From an uncultured virus (IMG/VR IMGVR_UViG_3300050821_014397) (lineage: Duplodnaviria > Heunggongvirae > Uroviricota > Caudoviricetes): DNA of 64,000 nt. Made by a program: the position numbers and the translations under genes. This document shows, one piece after another, positions 25,936 through 35,900 of the stretch. Where the stretch lies: IMG/VR virus record IMGVR_UViG_3300050821_014397, one strand, 5' to 3'. The notes under the pieces were generated by a model. That model was not told where the DNA came from and made no database searches. It worked only from the letters and a program-made list of their open reading frames with translations. Position 1 is the stretch's first letter. Every line of letters begins with the position of its first letter.

Positions 25936-25975
25936 GAAGCAAACCCGCAATTACGCGGGGCGGAGAGAACCGAAC

Positions 25976-26512
25976 ATGAAGAAAAAGACAAATCTACAGA
26001 CGCCGACTGAGGGGGAAGTCAAGCCGCGTCAGCATGGCCCTCAGAAGGAAAAGACGCAGATCACAATTCGCGTGGATACGAACCTGATGAACGAGGCGTA
26101 TGCACAGATGAAGGAGGACAATACCCGCATCACCGACATCGTCGAGCGCGGCCTCGTGCTGGCGCTCACCGAGCGCAACCACCAGTTGCCGAAATGGAAC
26201 AAGGAAGTGCGTTTCATGGTGGCCAACGCCACCAAGCAGCAGCAGGCGCTGATTCGCGGCCTGCTGATCGCCATGGTCGAGCCGCTGCTGGACCGGAAGG
26301 ACACCACCACCAACAAGGTGATTGTGGATGGAAAGCAGCGGGCGGCGGTGTTTATCAGCCATGCGTTCACGCCCGAAACCGAGAAAATCTTCGAGCTGGT
26401 GCGCTGGTTTCTCGAACTGCGCAATAAATCGCCGCATGCCCCTGCCGCTCTCGAGTACTACTCGCGCTACGGCAAGAGCGCCGAGGAGATGGCCGAGCTG
26501 GCCAACCTCTAA
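25976..26512 (+). CDS. Ribbon-helix-helix regulator (putative repressor)
   Basis: KTQITIRVD..L....A.......ITDIVERGL RHH pattern; divergent from replication operon. Confidence 0.6.
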   Translation: MKKKTNLQTPTEGEVKPRQHGPQKEKTQITIRVDTNLMNEAYAQMKEDNTRITDIVERGLVLALTERNHQLPKWNKEVRFMVANATKQQQALIRGLLIAMVEPLLDRKDTTTNKVIVDGKQRAAVFISHAFTPETEKIFELVRWFLELRNKSPHAPAALEYYSRYGKSAEEMAELANL

Positions 26513-26572
26513 GACTGCAGGTTTTTAAAATCCGCAGCACCTGCACTTGCGCCGGGCTATAATTGGCCCCAG

Positions 26573-26734
26573 ATGTTGAACAAGGCCCGGCGGCAGGAAA
26601 AAGTGCAGCAGGTCATGGGCGAGTTCAAACGCGGCCAGCTGCACTCGGGATCGAAACAGGGACCGACGGTCAAGCGCCGTCCCCAGGCCATCGCCATCGC
26701 CATGCAGCAGAGCGGCCAGGGGAGGCGCAAGTGA
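26573..26734 (+). CDS. DUF6496-like small basic protein (not in ORF track)
   Basis: KVQQVMGEFKRGQLHSGSKQGPTVKRRPQAIAIA. Confidence 0.75.
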   Translation: MLNKARRQEKVQQVMGEFKRGQLHSGSKQGPTVKRRPQAIAIAMQQSGQGRRK

Positions 26735-27471
26735 GCCCCGCCTATCCCGTCTTCGACATCGTGGAAATCGCCCAGGAGGCGAGCGACCGGGCCGGGGTGG
26801 AGTTCCGCTCGGGCTACGCGCTGCGCAGCGCCCGCCGGGCGCTGGAGCTGGTCCTGATCGAGTGGGCCAACCGGGGCCTGAACCTGTGGACCATCGAGGG
26901 GCCGGTGGTCATCGACCTCATGCCCGGCGTCTACCAGTACCTCCTGCCGGTAGACACCGTCGACCTGATCGAGCATGTGATCCGCACGTGGCCGCCGGGC
27001 AACGGCAGCCCCGGCTGGACCCCGGACGCGGGCGATGGCTGGCACGGCAACCAGCCGAGCGATCTGCCGCTCACGCGCTTCACGGTGAGCGAGTACGCGT
27101 CCATCCCCAACAAGCTGGCCCAGGGCCGACCCTCATTGATCAGCATCCGGCGCGCTCTCCAGCCCTACTTCCTTCTCTGGCAGGTGCCCGAGCAGGGCCA
27201 GCAGAGCTACCAGCTGGCCTACTGGCGGCTGCGGCGGATCGCGCCTATGCCGCCCGGCGGGACGGCGGAGCCGGGCATCCCCTGGCGCTTCGTCAATGCG
27301 CTCACGGCGGGCGTGGCCTTCTATCTGGCGCTCAAATCGACCGATCCCAAAGCGCTGGCGAAGATCGAGCTGCTCAAGACCGAATACCAGGAGCAGTTCC
27401 AGTTAGCTTCCGACGAGGACCGCGACCGTGCCTCGTTCAACTTTGTGCCGTTCGACTACTCGTATTTGTGA
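26731..27471 (+). CDS. Virion structural protein (head-tail adaptor-like)
   Basis: SARRALEL...EWANRGLNLWT, IPNK..QGRP, P.RF..AL.AG.A.YL motifs of podovirus-like phages. Confidence 0.7.
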   Translation: MSPAYPVFDIVEIAQEASDRAGVEFRSGYALRSARRALELVLIEWANRGLNLWTIEGPVVIDLMPGVYQYLLPVDTVDLIEHVIRTWPPGNGSPGWTPDAGDGWHGNQPSDLPLTRFTVSEYASIPNKLAQGRPSLISIRRALQPYFLLWQVPEQGQQSYQLAYWRLRRIAPMPPGGTAEPGIPWRFVNALTAGVAFYLALKSTDPKALAKIELLKTEYQEQFQLASDEDRDRASFNFVPFDYSYL

Positions 27472-27485
27472 TGGGGAATTGAGAT

Positions 27486-28352
27486 ATGGCTAACTCAACC
27501 ACGACTCTGACTTCCTCGCTGAATCCAGCGGTCTTTGGGCAGGCGGTGACCTTCACGGCAACGGTGGCTGTGGTTCCGCCAGATACCGGCACGCCGACGG
27601 GCGTGGTGACTTTCCTCGATGGCGGCGTGAGCATCGGCACCGGGACACTCAACGTCTCGGGCGTGACTACTCTCATCACCAGCGCGCTCACTCCCGGCAG
27701 CCACACCATCACTGCCAGTTATGCCGGGGACGGCACCTTCAATCCGAGCATCGGTTCCTTGACCGGAAATCCACAGGTCGTCGCGAAGGCGAATACCACC
27801 ACGACCTTGACCAGCTCCTTGAATCCGTCGACGATCTCTCAGCCCGTCACCTTCACGGCGACGGTGGCGGTGGTGGCCCCGGGAGTAGGCGTGCCCTCGG
27901 GCGTCGTGACGTTCCTCAATCAAGGCAACCCCGCCGGGAATGCGACTCTGACGGCAGGCGTGGCCACGCTCACGCTGGCGGCGCTCACTCCCGGCAGCCA
28001 TACCATCGTTGCCGAGTATGACGGCGACACCCGGTTCAACCCGAGCACCGTGCCATTGACCGGCAATCCGCAGGTGGTCAGTCAGCTGACGCCGGTCACG
28101 CTCAAACCCCTCAACACGCTGAGTCTGGTGGCGGCCACGCCTCAGTGGCTGGTCGGCCCCCTGGGGAACTATACGTTTCAGATGTTGAACCTGGGGACGG
28201 GGCCGGTTTTGATTTCCGAGAGCCCCTCGTTTAACTCATCCTACACGCTGCCTCCGCAGACGCCGTTTGCGTTATCCCTCTGGGGGCCAACGGGGATCTT
28301 TGTTTCGGCGGCGGCGGCGGAATCGCTCAGCGTGGCTCTGATCCCGAGATAA
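27486..28352 (+). CDS. Protein with two Ig-like (group 3) domains
   Basis: Two TTTTLTSSLNP..GQ/SQ.VTFTATV...G.VTF...GSHTI.A.Y.GD..FNPS repeats. Confidence 0.85.
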   Translation: MANSTTTLTSSLNPAVFGQAVTFTATVAVVPPDTGTPTGVVTFLDGGVSIGTGTLNVSGVTTLITSALTPGSHTITASYAGDGTFNPSIGSLTGNPQVVAKANTTTTLTSSLNPSTISQPVTFTATVAVVAPGVGVPSGVVTFLNQGNPAGNATLTAGVATLTLAALTPGSHTIVAEYDGDTRFNPSTVPLTGNPQVVSQLTPVTLKPLNTLSLVAATPQWLVGPLGNYTFQMLNLGTGPVLISESPSFNSSYTLPPQTPFALSLWGPTGIFVSAAAAESLSVALIPR

Positions 28353-28356
28353 AACG

Positions 28357-28755
28357 ATGGCCGTTTCGCCTAAATTCGCGACCGGCAAGTACGCCTGGGG
28401 GATGTGTGACCGTTGCGGCATCAGAGCGAAGCTCCTCGACCTGCGCATGGAGACCCAGATGGGGCGGGCCAACAATCTCAAGACCTGCCCGGCGTGCTGG
28501 GATCCCGACCACCCGCAGAACTTTCTCCCGAAGTTCGTTTCGAACGATCCGCAGGCGCTGCGCCAAGCGCGCCCCGATACGGGGCAAACGCAAAGCGAGC
28601 AGATGATCCCGCCCGGCAACTGGATCAACGGCCAGCCGCCCAGCCCTGAACAGCGGGCCAAGTGGCAGCTCGAGATCGACGCCGAGCACGAACGGCAGCG
28701 CGCCATCTGGGCGCAAGAAATGGAGGCTCAGCGCCTCCGGCAAAGGAGCTTCTAG
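28357..28755 (+). CDS. Conserved phage CxxC protein
   Basis: A.GKYAWGMCDRCG...CPACWDPDHPQ. Confidence 0.7.
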   Translation: MAVSPKFATGKYAWGMCDRCGIRAKLLDLRMETQMGRANNLKTCPACWDPDHPQNFLPKFVSNDPQALRQARPDTGQTQSEQMIPPGNWINGQPPSPEQRAKWQLEIDAEHERQRAIWAQEMEAQRLRQRSF

Positions 28756-30018
28756 ATGCGAATCAAAGGCGGCATGCGGCCTCGTAAGTTTCAGATGGGC
28801 GGCGGCGCGGGCGGGACGGCGTTCAATCCGGCGACCTTCAATCCGGTCGGGATGAACCAGCAGCAGATGGAGCAGGCGGCGCAGCAGGCCGCCGGTGCCG
28901 GGCGGGGTACAGCGCCGCAGAACCTCGCCATGATGGGGCTGGGGATCAGCCCGTTCACGGGAATGAGCGCGCCGGGTGGAGCGCCGGGTGGAGCGCCGGG
29001 TGGAGCGCCGCCACCGCAGGCCAACCCGTTTGCGCAGCAGCTGGCAATGCGCGGTGCCATGCCGAATCCCTCTCCGGGTGGGGGCGCGATCTCTCCGCTG
29101 GGCGCTGCGCCTCCTGGTGGGATGCCCGGCGGGATGCCTCCTGGTGGCCCGCCTCCTGGTGGTCCGCCGCCTCCCGGTGGTCCGCCTCCTGGCGGGCCGT
29201 CTTTCGGGCCGCCTCCCGGCGGCGGTGGCATGCCCGGCGGTGGGCCTCCCGGCGGTATGCAGCCGCGTCCTGGCATGGGCTGGGGAGCGCCTCCCGGCGC
29301 GGGTCCGATGGGAGTGCCTCCCGGTGGTGGGGCGGGCATGGCGGGTGCCAGCGGAATGCCGGGCGCGCCGCCGGTGTCGCCGCAGCAGCAGGCGCTGTTC
29401 GCCGCGCTGGCCGGTCGTGGCAGCGGGGCTCCCGCGCCCAGCCTGATGGGCTTCGCCGAAGGCGGCGAGGTGAACACGTTCGATTCCACCAAGGCCGCGC
29501 CCGGCAATCTGGCCACGCATCCCGGCAAGGCCAAGATGGCGAAGGGCGGGGTCTTGCGGCGCAAGCCGAAAGCGGCCAAGGCGGCCAAGGTGAAGTCGGC
29601 TCCGCAACCGCCGCCGGACGACTCGGACGAACTACCGGCAGCAGTGGGCGCTCCCAGCCTCGGTCCCGGCCTGAGCGCAAGCATGCCGCCGCCGCCGGTT
29701 GCGCCCGGGCCTCCGGGCATGGCCAAGGGCGGGAAGTTCGCCAAGGGCGGGAAGTTCGCCAAGGGCGGCAAGTTCGCCAAAGGCGGCAAGTTCGCCAAAG
29801 GCGGGAAGTTCGCCAAGGGCGGCGAGTGCATCAAGGACGCCGACAAAGACGGCATGAACAAGGGCGGCGAGTGCGACAAGATGGCGGCGGGCGGCGCGGC
29901 CAAACAGCGCAAGAAGTTTCCCAACACGAACCCTCCGCCCAAGAAGTTTGCTTCGGGCGGCGGGGTGCGCGGCGCGGGCATCGCCCAGCGTGGCACCAAC
30001 TTCAGCGGGATTTACTAA
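28756..30018 (+). CDS. Pro/Gly-rich low-complexity protein with AKGGKF repeats
   Basis: ORF in structural operon; 18-bp tandem repeat. Confidence 0.7.
   Translation: MRIKGGMRPRKFQMGGGAGGTAFNPATFNPVGMNQQQMEQAAQQAAGAGRGTAPQNLAMMGLGISPFTGMSAPGGAPGGAPGGAPPPQANPFAQQLAMRGAMPNPSPGGGAISPLGAAPPGGMPGGMPPGGPPPGGPPPPGGPPPGGPSFGPPPGGGGMPGGGPPGGMQPRPGMGWGAPPGAGPMGVPPGGGAGMAGASGMPGAPPVSPQQQALFAALAGRGSGAPAPSLMGFAEGGEVNTFDSTKAAPGNLATHPGKAKMAKGGVLRRKPKAAKAAKVKSAPQPPPDDSDELPAAVGAPSLGPGLSASMPPPPVAPGPPGMAKGGKFAKGGKFAKGGKFAKGGKFAKGGKFAKGGECIKDADKDGMNKGGECDKMAAGGAAKQRKKFPNTNPPPKKFASGGGVRGAGIAQRGTNFSGIY
29722..29823 (+). repeat. 18-bp tandem repeat (about 5.5 copies) encoding AKGGKF
   Basis: GCCAARGGCGGSAAGTTC units. 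Confidence 0.9.
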
Positions 30019-30028
30019 GTGAGGGCGG

Positions 30029-30661
30029 ATGAACTACTCCGAGCTGCGTGCCGCGATACAGACTTACTCTCTGGATTTCGAGGCCAGCTTCGTTTCCAAT
30101 ATCGACACCTTCATTCACCTGGGCGAAGCGCGCCTGCGGCTGAATGTTCGTCTGCCCAACTTCCGTAAAGACGTCACCGGCGTGCTCGCCGAAGGGGAGC
30201 CGCTGGTGGCGCTGCCCTCCGACTTCCTGGCCCCGGATTCGCTCGAGGTGGTGGTCCCCGACGGCTCGCTCGTCTATCTGCTCAACAAGGACCCGGAGTT
30301 CCTCGACGAGTGCTATCCCTCGACCTCGATCCAGGGGCAGCCGCGTTTCTATGCCTACCTGAACGAGACCTCGATCAGGATCGGTCCCACGCCGGACATG
30401 GACTATCCCACCAACATGGGCTACTTCTATCAGCCCGCCTCGATTACGGTGACCCAGACCAGCTGGCTCGGCGAGCACTTTGCGCACGCGCTGTTGAGCG
30501 GCTCGCTGGTCGAGGCGGCGAAATACATGAAGGCCGAGGACGCTCTCTACCAGCGCTTCGACGCGGCCTTCAAAGAAGACTTGCAGATGGATCAGGGCTA
30601 CGCCAAGGGGCGCACGAAGAAGGACACCTATCAGGAGCCCGATACGAGGCAGCCGATATGA
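30029..30661 (+). CDS. Virion structural protein (adaptor / tail tubular-like)
   Basis: MNYSELR.AIQ.Y, G.PRFYA, GPTPD, SWL...ALL.GSLVEA..YMK. Confidence 0.7.
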   Translation: MNYSELRAAIQTYSLDFEASFVSNIDTFIHLGEARLRLNVRLPNFRKDVTGVLAEGEPLVALPSDFLAPDSLEVVVPDGSLVYLLNKDPEFLDECYPSTSIQGQPRFYAYLNETSIRIGPTPDMDYPTNMGYFYQPASITVTQTSWLGEHFAHALLSGSLVEAAKYMKAEDALYQRFDAAFKEDLQMDQGYAKGRTKKDTYQEPDTRQPI

Positions 30662-30951
30662 TCCAGAAGAAAGATCCGCTCTCTGTGCTGATCCGCGAGA
30701 CGCTGGCGGAGGAGTACCCCGAGCTGCTGACCGCCGACGGGTTCGACGATGCGATCCTCGGCGTGGTCGAGGGCTGTGGCCGCGAGACGGTCGTTTGCTA
30801 CGACTACGGCAAGTGCGTTCAAATCCTCATGCGCGATAGCAAGATGGACGAGGCGGAGGCGGAGGAGTTTCTCAACTTCAATACGGTCGGCGCTTATGTC
30901 GGCAAGGAGACGCCGATGTTTCTTCATAACTGGCGGGAGTCGATGGCATGA
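30658..30951 (+). CDS. Conserved phage hypothetical protein
   Basis: ADGFDDAILG...Y...EEFLNFNTVGAYVG..TP.F. Confidence 0.7.
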   Translation: MIQKKDPLSVLIRETLAEEYPELLTADGFDDAILGVVEGCGRETVVCYDYGKCVQILMRDSKMDEAEAEEFLNFNTVGAYVGKETPMFLHNWRESMA

Positions 30952-31370
30952 TCAGCGGCCCCAAGATCTGCACCGGATTCAAGCGCGACCTCCTGCTCGG
31001 CTATCACGCCTTCGACCGGGACCAGTTCGCGCTCGCGCTCTACACGGCACAGGCTCCGCTCGATCCTGACGACACCACCAGCTACAGCGCCCTTGGCGAG
31101 GTGGTTGCTCCCGGCTACACGGCGGGCGGCCAGTGGCTCCTGCATCCGCAGATTCTGACCATGGGAGGGATCTGCTTTGTGACCTTCGACGACCCGGTCT
31201 GGAGCGATAGCACGATTGTGGCGCGCGCCGCCCTGGTCTACAACTATTCCTCGGCGAATCGGGCGGTGGCCATTTTGGATTTCGGTAGCGACCAGCGTTC
31301 GAACCAGGGCTCCTTTCACGTGCAGTTTCCGCCGCCGGGTCCGACGACGGCTTTGATTCGGATCGCATGA
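30948..31370 (+). CDS. Putative tail structural protein
   Basis: CTGFK.DLL.G.H.F...F.LALYT...GYTAGG...ALVYN...AVAILDFG. Confidence 0.7.
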   Translation: MISGPKICTGFKRDLLLGYHAFDRDQFALALYTAQAPLDPDDTTSYSALGEVVAPGYTAGGQWLLHPQILTMGGICFVTFDDPVWSDSTIVARAALVYNYSSANRAVAILDFGSDQRSNQGSFHVQFPPPGPTTALIRIA

Positions 31371-31573
31371 CGCCCGACACTCCATCCCGCAGCGTAATGG
31401 TCCCGGTGGCCACCCCGGCGCTCAGCGTGCAGCTCGGCTGGGTGAAGGTGGAGGGTCTCTGGGGCGAGTCGAAACCGACGCTCGCGCGCTGGGCCGCGCG
31501 CCGCGCCGGGAAGGCGCGCTGGGGGCCGGTGGCACCGGCGCAGCGGCTGATCTGGAGAGACAGGGGACTCTGA
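31367..31573 (+). CDS. Hypothetical protein
   Basis: Coupled overlaps. Confidence 0.45.
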   Translation: MTPDTPSRSVMVPVATPALSVQLGWVKVEGLWGESKPTLARWAARRAGKARWGPVAPAQRLIWRDRGL

Positions 31574-32919
31574 TGCCTTCGACTTACACACCGAACCTGG
31601 GGATCGAACTACCGGCGACCGGCGAGCAGGCCAACACCTGGGGGCTCACCATCAACCGCAACATGGACACCTTGGATACGGCGATCAACGGCAATGTCCA
31701 TCTGGCGCTTTCCACCTCGCCCTATCAGCTGACCATCAACAACGGGGCCGACGCGCCGGTGGCCGCCAATCCGGTGATCATCTGGACCGGCGCGCAGACC
31801 GCGCAGGGCGTGGTGCAGATCGACTGGCAGAGCAACCGCAAGCACTTCTACTGCATGAGCAACCAGACCTCGGGCGGCTTCGGGATCGCGTTCGCGCAGG
31901 GCTCGGGCACGCAGTTCGTGCTGCAGGCCGGTTACGACGCGCTGCTCTATAGCGACGGCGGCGGCGCGGGTGCGAACGTGGCGGCGGCTCTGGCGAGCCC
32001 GCAGTTCACCAACCTGCTGGCGACCGGCGCGGCGCGCGTGCTGGGCGCTCTCACGGTGGCTGGCAGCATCAACGGGATCATCTCTACGGACGTGCCGGGC
32101 AACGTGCATCTCACCGGCGGCCTGGGCGTCGGGAACCCGACTGCGATCCCCGATCCGGTGACCATCCTCGGGATAGGCTCCGGGCAGCTGCGTCTGGTCT
32201 ATGGCAATTACGGCGTCATCTTCCGCAATGACGGCGCGACCTTCTACCTGATGTTCACCGCCAGCGGAGACCCGTATGGCTCCTACTCCGCGCCTTACCC
32301 GATCCAAATCGATCTGGCGTCGAGGTGCGTCGGCTTGGCGGGCTGGGGGCCGAGTACGTCTTATGGCCTGAGTGTGCCGTCGATCCATGCCTCTTCCATC
32401 GCGGCGGATGGTGCCATCAGCGCGGGCGGCGTGATCAATGCGGCTGGCGGCTTCAACAACACGGCGGGCCGTAGCTACTTCAAGAGCGGCGATCCCTACA
32501 ACATCGGCCTGGAGTACGGCTCGTTCGTTAACTGGATCGGCACCAACGCGAGCAACCAGTTCCAGCTGGCGCGCGCGGATGGCACCGTGCTTTTCGCGGT
32601 GGATCAATCGGGGAATGCGGCGCTCACCGGCGGGCTGCATGTGCTTGCGGGCGGCGTCCAGTTTCCCGACGGCACGATTCAGACGACAGCCACCTCGTCA
32701 AGTTTTCCGGGCAACATCACGGTGACGGGCGCGATCTATGGTCCCGCCAGCACGCAGCAGAGCGCCATGCTGCATTGTCCTCCGTACACTGTGGACCTTT
32801 CCGGGGTTCCGAACTCGCTGTTCTTCTCTTACAACGCCGCCAATAACTGGGTCACTCTCTGGGTGACTTTGTCGGACGGCAGTACGCGGCACGTCAATGT
32901 GGTTTTCGTAGTGGGCTGA
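31573..32919 (+). CDS. Tail fibre / tail-associated protein
   Basis: MPSTYTPNLGIELPATGEQANTWG anchor; GGVQFPDGTIQTTA fibre motif. Confidence 0.75.
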   Translation: MPSTYTPNLGIELPATGEQANTWGLTINRNMDTLDTAINGNVHLALSTSPYQLTINNGADAPVAANPVIIWTGAQTAQGVVQIDWQSNRKHFYCMSNQTSGGFGIAFAQGSGTQFVLQAGYDALLYSDGGGAGANVAAALASPQFTNLLATGAARVLGALTVAGSINGIISTDVPGNVHLTGGLGVGNPTAIPDPVTILGIGSGQLRLVYGNYGVIFRNDGATFYLMFTASGDPYGSYSAPYPIQIDLASRCVGLAGWGPSTSYGLSVPSIHASSIAADGAISAGGVINAAGGFNNTAGRSYFKSGDPYNIGLEYGSFVNWIGTNASNQFQLARADGTVLFAVDQSGNAALTGGLHVLAGGVQFPDGTIQTTATSSSFPGNITVTGAIYGPASTQQSAMLHCPPYTVDLSGVPNSLFFSYNAANNWVTLWVTLSDGSTRHVNVVFVVG

Positions 32920-35900
32920 TGCTGACCAAGATCCAAGACACGGTGACTTATTTCGACGGCTCCGCCGCCTCTGGCAAGATCGTCGTGACGTGGCCGCCGT
33001 TCAACTACGCGGGCATCGCCGTCGCGGCGGGCCAGCAGGAATACGATCTCGCCCCCGACGGCTCGGTCGTCATCGAGTGCTATCCCTGCGTCGGCGCGCA
33101 GCCTCTGGGGACTTACTACACCGCCACCTACGAGCTGGACAAGGGCGCGGTCTACGACGAGTACTGGCTGGTCCCGGCCACGCCCACGACCACGATTGGG
33201 GTGATCCGCGTCTCGGTCCCCGAGACGCCCTCGATCATGATCAACGCGCAGCAGCTGACCAGCTCGGGTGCGCTGAGCGGCATGTTCCTGGGCTGGAACG
33301 GCTCCAACTGGGTGCCGATGTATCCCTCCAGCTTCAACTGCGCCGTGCAGAGCTTCTTTGGCCGTGTCGGCGCTGTCATGCCGCAGACCGGCGATTACAC
33401 GGTCGCTCAAGTCACCAACGCGGTGGCCAACACGAGGCGGGTCATTGCCGGGAGCGGCCTCTCCGGGGGCGGCCCCTTGACGGCTGATGTGACGCTCTCG
33501 GTGGCGACGGGCGGCTTCGTGCCATCGACCACGCGGATCATCGCGGGCGCTGGCCTTGCTGGCGGCGGCCCGCTGACGGGGGATGTCACGATCTCGGTCG
33601 CGTCGGCGTACGTGCCGCAGACCACGCAGATCCTCGCCGGGAGCGGCCTGACCGGCGGCGGGCCGCTCACCGGCAACGTGACGCTCTCGGTCCTGCCGGG
33701 CGCGTTCGTGCCCCAGACCACGCAGGTCATCGCGGGCGCGGGCCTGACCGGCGGCGGCCCGCTCACCGGCAATGTCACGCTCTCGGTGGCGGCGGGCGGC
33801 TTCGTGCCGCAGACGACGCAGATTATCGCTGGCACTGGCCTCTCTGGCGGCGGCCCGCTGACGGGCAACGTGACGCTCTCGGTGGTGGCCGATACGACCG
33901 TGCAGCGGTTGCGCGTTTCGACGGGCGGGACGCTGGTGGCTACCCGGCCCCAAATCAATTTCCTGGTCGGCAACAACATTCAGCTCACTGCGACCGATGA
34001 TGCAGCCAATAACCGCGTCAATGTCACCATCGGCTTCACCGGGATGAGCATGTTCACCAACGGCACGCTCACGGGTGTGTCGTCCAATCTCGACCTGGAA
34101 GCGGGAGCCAATATCACGATCACCGGCACGCTGAACGGCTCCGTCATGCAGTACGTGATCGCTTCGACCGGCCCCTCTGGTGGCATGAGCGATCCGACCA
34201 CGACCAAGGGCGATTTGATTGTGCGTGGTTCGATCACCACCAATCGCCTGGGTGTAGGCGTGGATGGTCAGACGCTGATCGCGGACTCCACGCAGCCGCT
34301 CGGCATGCGTTGGGGCGCAGGCGGAGGTGGCGGCGCGCAGACGCCATGGACCAGCAACATTGACGGCGCTGGGTTTGCGCTAAACAACGCGCGGAACATC
34401 GGGATCAATCAGGCATCGCTCGCGGCGGTTCCTTTGGTGATGACTTCCTTCGCGGGTTCTGGCGATGCGACCATCGTGATCAACCCGGTGAGTTCCAGTT
34501 CGCTGATCGGCACGGCGTTGCGCGGCATCGGCATCGAAGGTGGTCTGGTCCTTGCGGGCTCGACTTATAGCACTGCATCCTGGCGTAGCATCACCTCGCT
34601 CTATTCCCAGGTTGATTTTGTGGTGTTGACCGCCGCTTATCCCGGCGACCCTTCCGCGCTCGAGCGGCTGCGCGTGCTGGCCTCCAACGGCAACGTGGGC
34701 ATCGCCCAGTCCGTCCCCGCGTTTAAGCTCGATGTGACCGGCGATGTGAATGTGACCGGCGGTGTCTATCGGGTGAATGGCGCGCCGCTGGTCACGAGCA
34801 ACCAGACGCCATGGACCAGCACCATCGACGCGGCGGCGTTTAACCTGAACAACGCGGGCGGGATTGGCGTCGGCACCGCAGCGACGGGGTCGCGCGCGCT
34901 GACCGTGCAGAGCGCGGCGGTGGTGAGCTTTGACGTCTACTCCCAGAACACCAACCCGGGCTCGACTCCCGGCATGGCGCTGCTCAACGATTCGAACGAT
35001 CAGGTTCAGTTTGGGCTGGGCGGTTCGACTGCTGGCGGCGGGCCGCTGCGCCGGGTCGCGTTCTGGATCACCACGAGGGACATTGCCTTCGGCACGGGAT
35101 CGAGCTTTACGGAGCGCATGCGGATCACAGCGGCGGGTCTGGTGGGCATCGGGCGCACGCCGACCACTTACCTGCTTGAAGTCGCTGGCGATGTGAATCT
35201 CGTCGGCGGCGTCTACCGCGTGAATGGCGTTCCCCTTGCCACCGGCGGTGGAGCGCAAACGCCCTGGACGAGCGACATCAATGCGGCGGGGTTCAAGCTG
35301 AATAGTGCGGGTGCCATCGGTATCGGTGTTGTGGCGAACGCGGCCTATCCGCTCTGGGTCAGGGGCGCAAGCGGCGCGAGCGGCCTCTCTCCGCAAAGCT
35401 ACACCACAGTGTTCTTTGAGAATGGCTCCACGACGTATCTGGAACTGGCGGGCAATGCGAGTCCTGGCCCGCCGAATTGCGGGATCGTCTGGAGTTCCGG
35501 GTCCTCGCAAACGAGTTACATCATCGATTACAACGGCGCAGTGAACTGGGTGGCGGTGGGAGCATCTCGCCCGATAGCGATCTACACCAATAGTCTTGAG
35601 CGAATGCGGATCACCCCGGCGGGTCTGGTGGGAATAGGAACGACGGTGCCCTCTGAAAGGTTGACCGTTACGGGAGTCCGTACGACTGCTTTTAATGCGG
35701 GCGATGTAACCACCTGGGGAGATGTCCTGGTTGAGAATCCAACGCAGGTAGCTAACCCTGCCACTGGCATCGGCTTTAGCATAACGAGCACATATCAAGG
35801 GAATTCGACTGTGGCCGCTGGCATTGCGGCGGTGAGGATGAGTACCGCACCGGATACTCAACTGGATCTTGTGTTCATCACTCGCGCGCCGAGTGTGGTT

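Noticed and set aside
33440..33890. Four roughly 120-bp repeats read as a DGR template/variable pair
   Set aside because: In-frame fibre repeats with mostly synonymous differences; no adenine-specific pattern and no reverse transcriptase in the window
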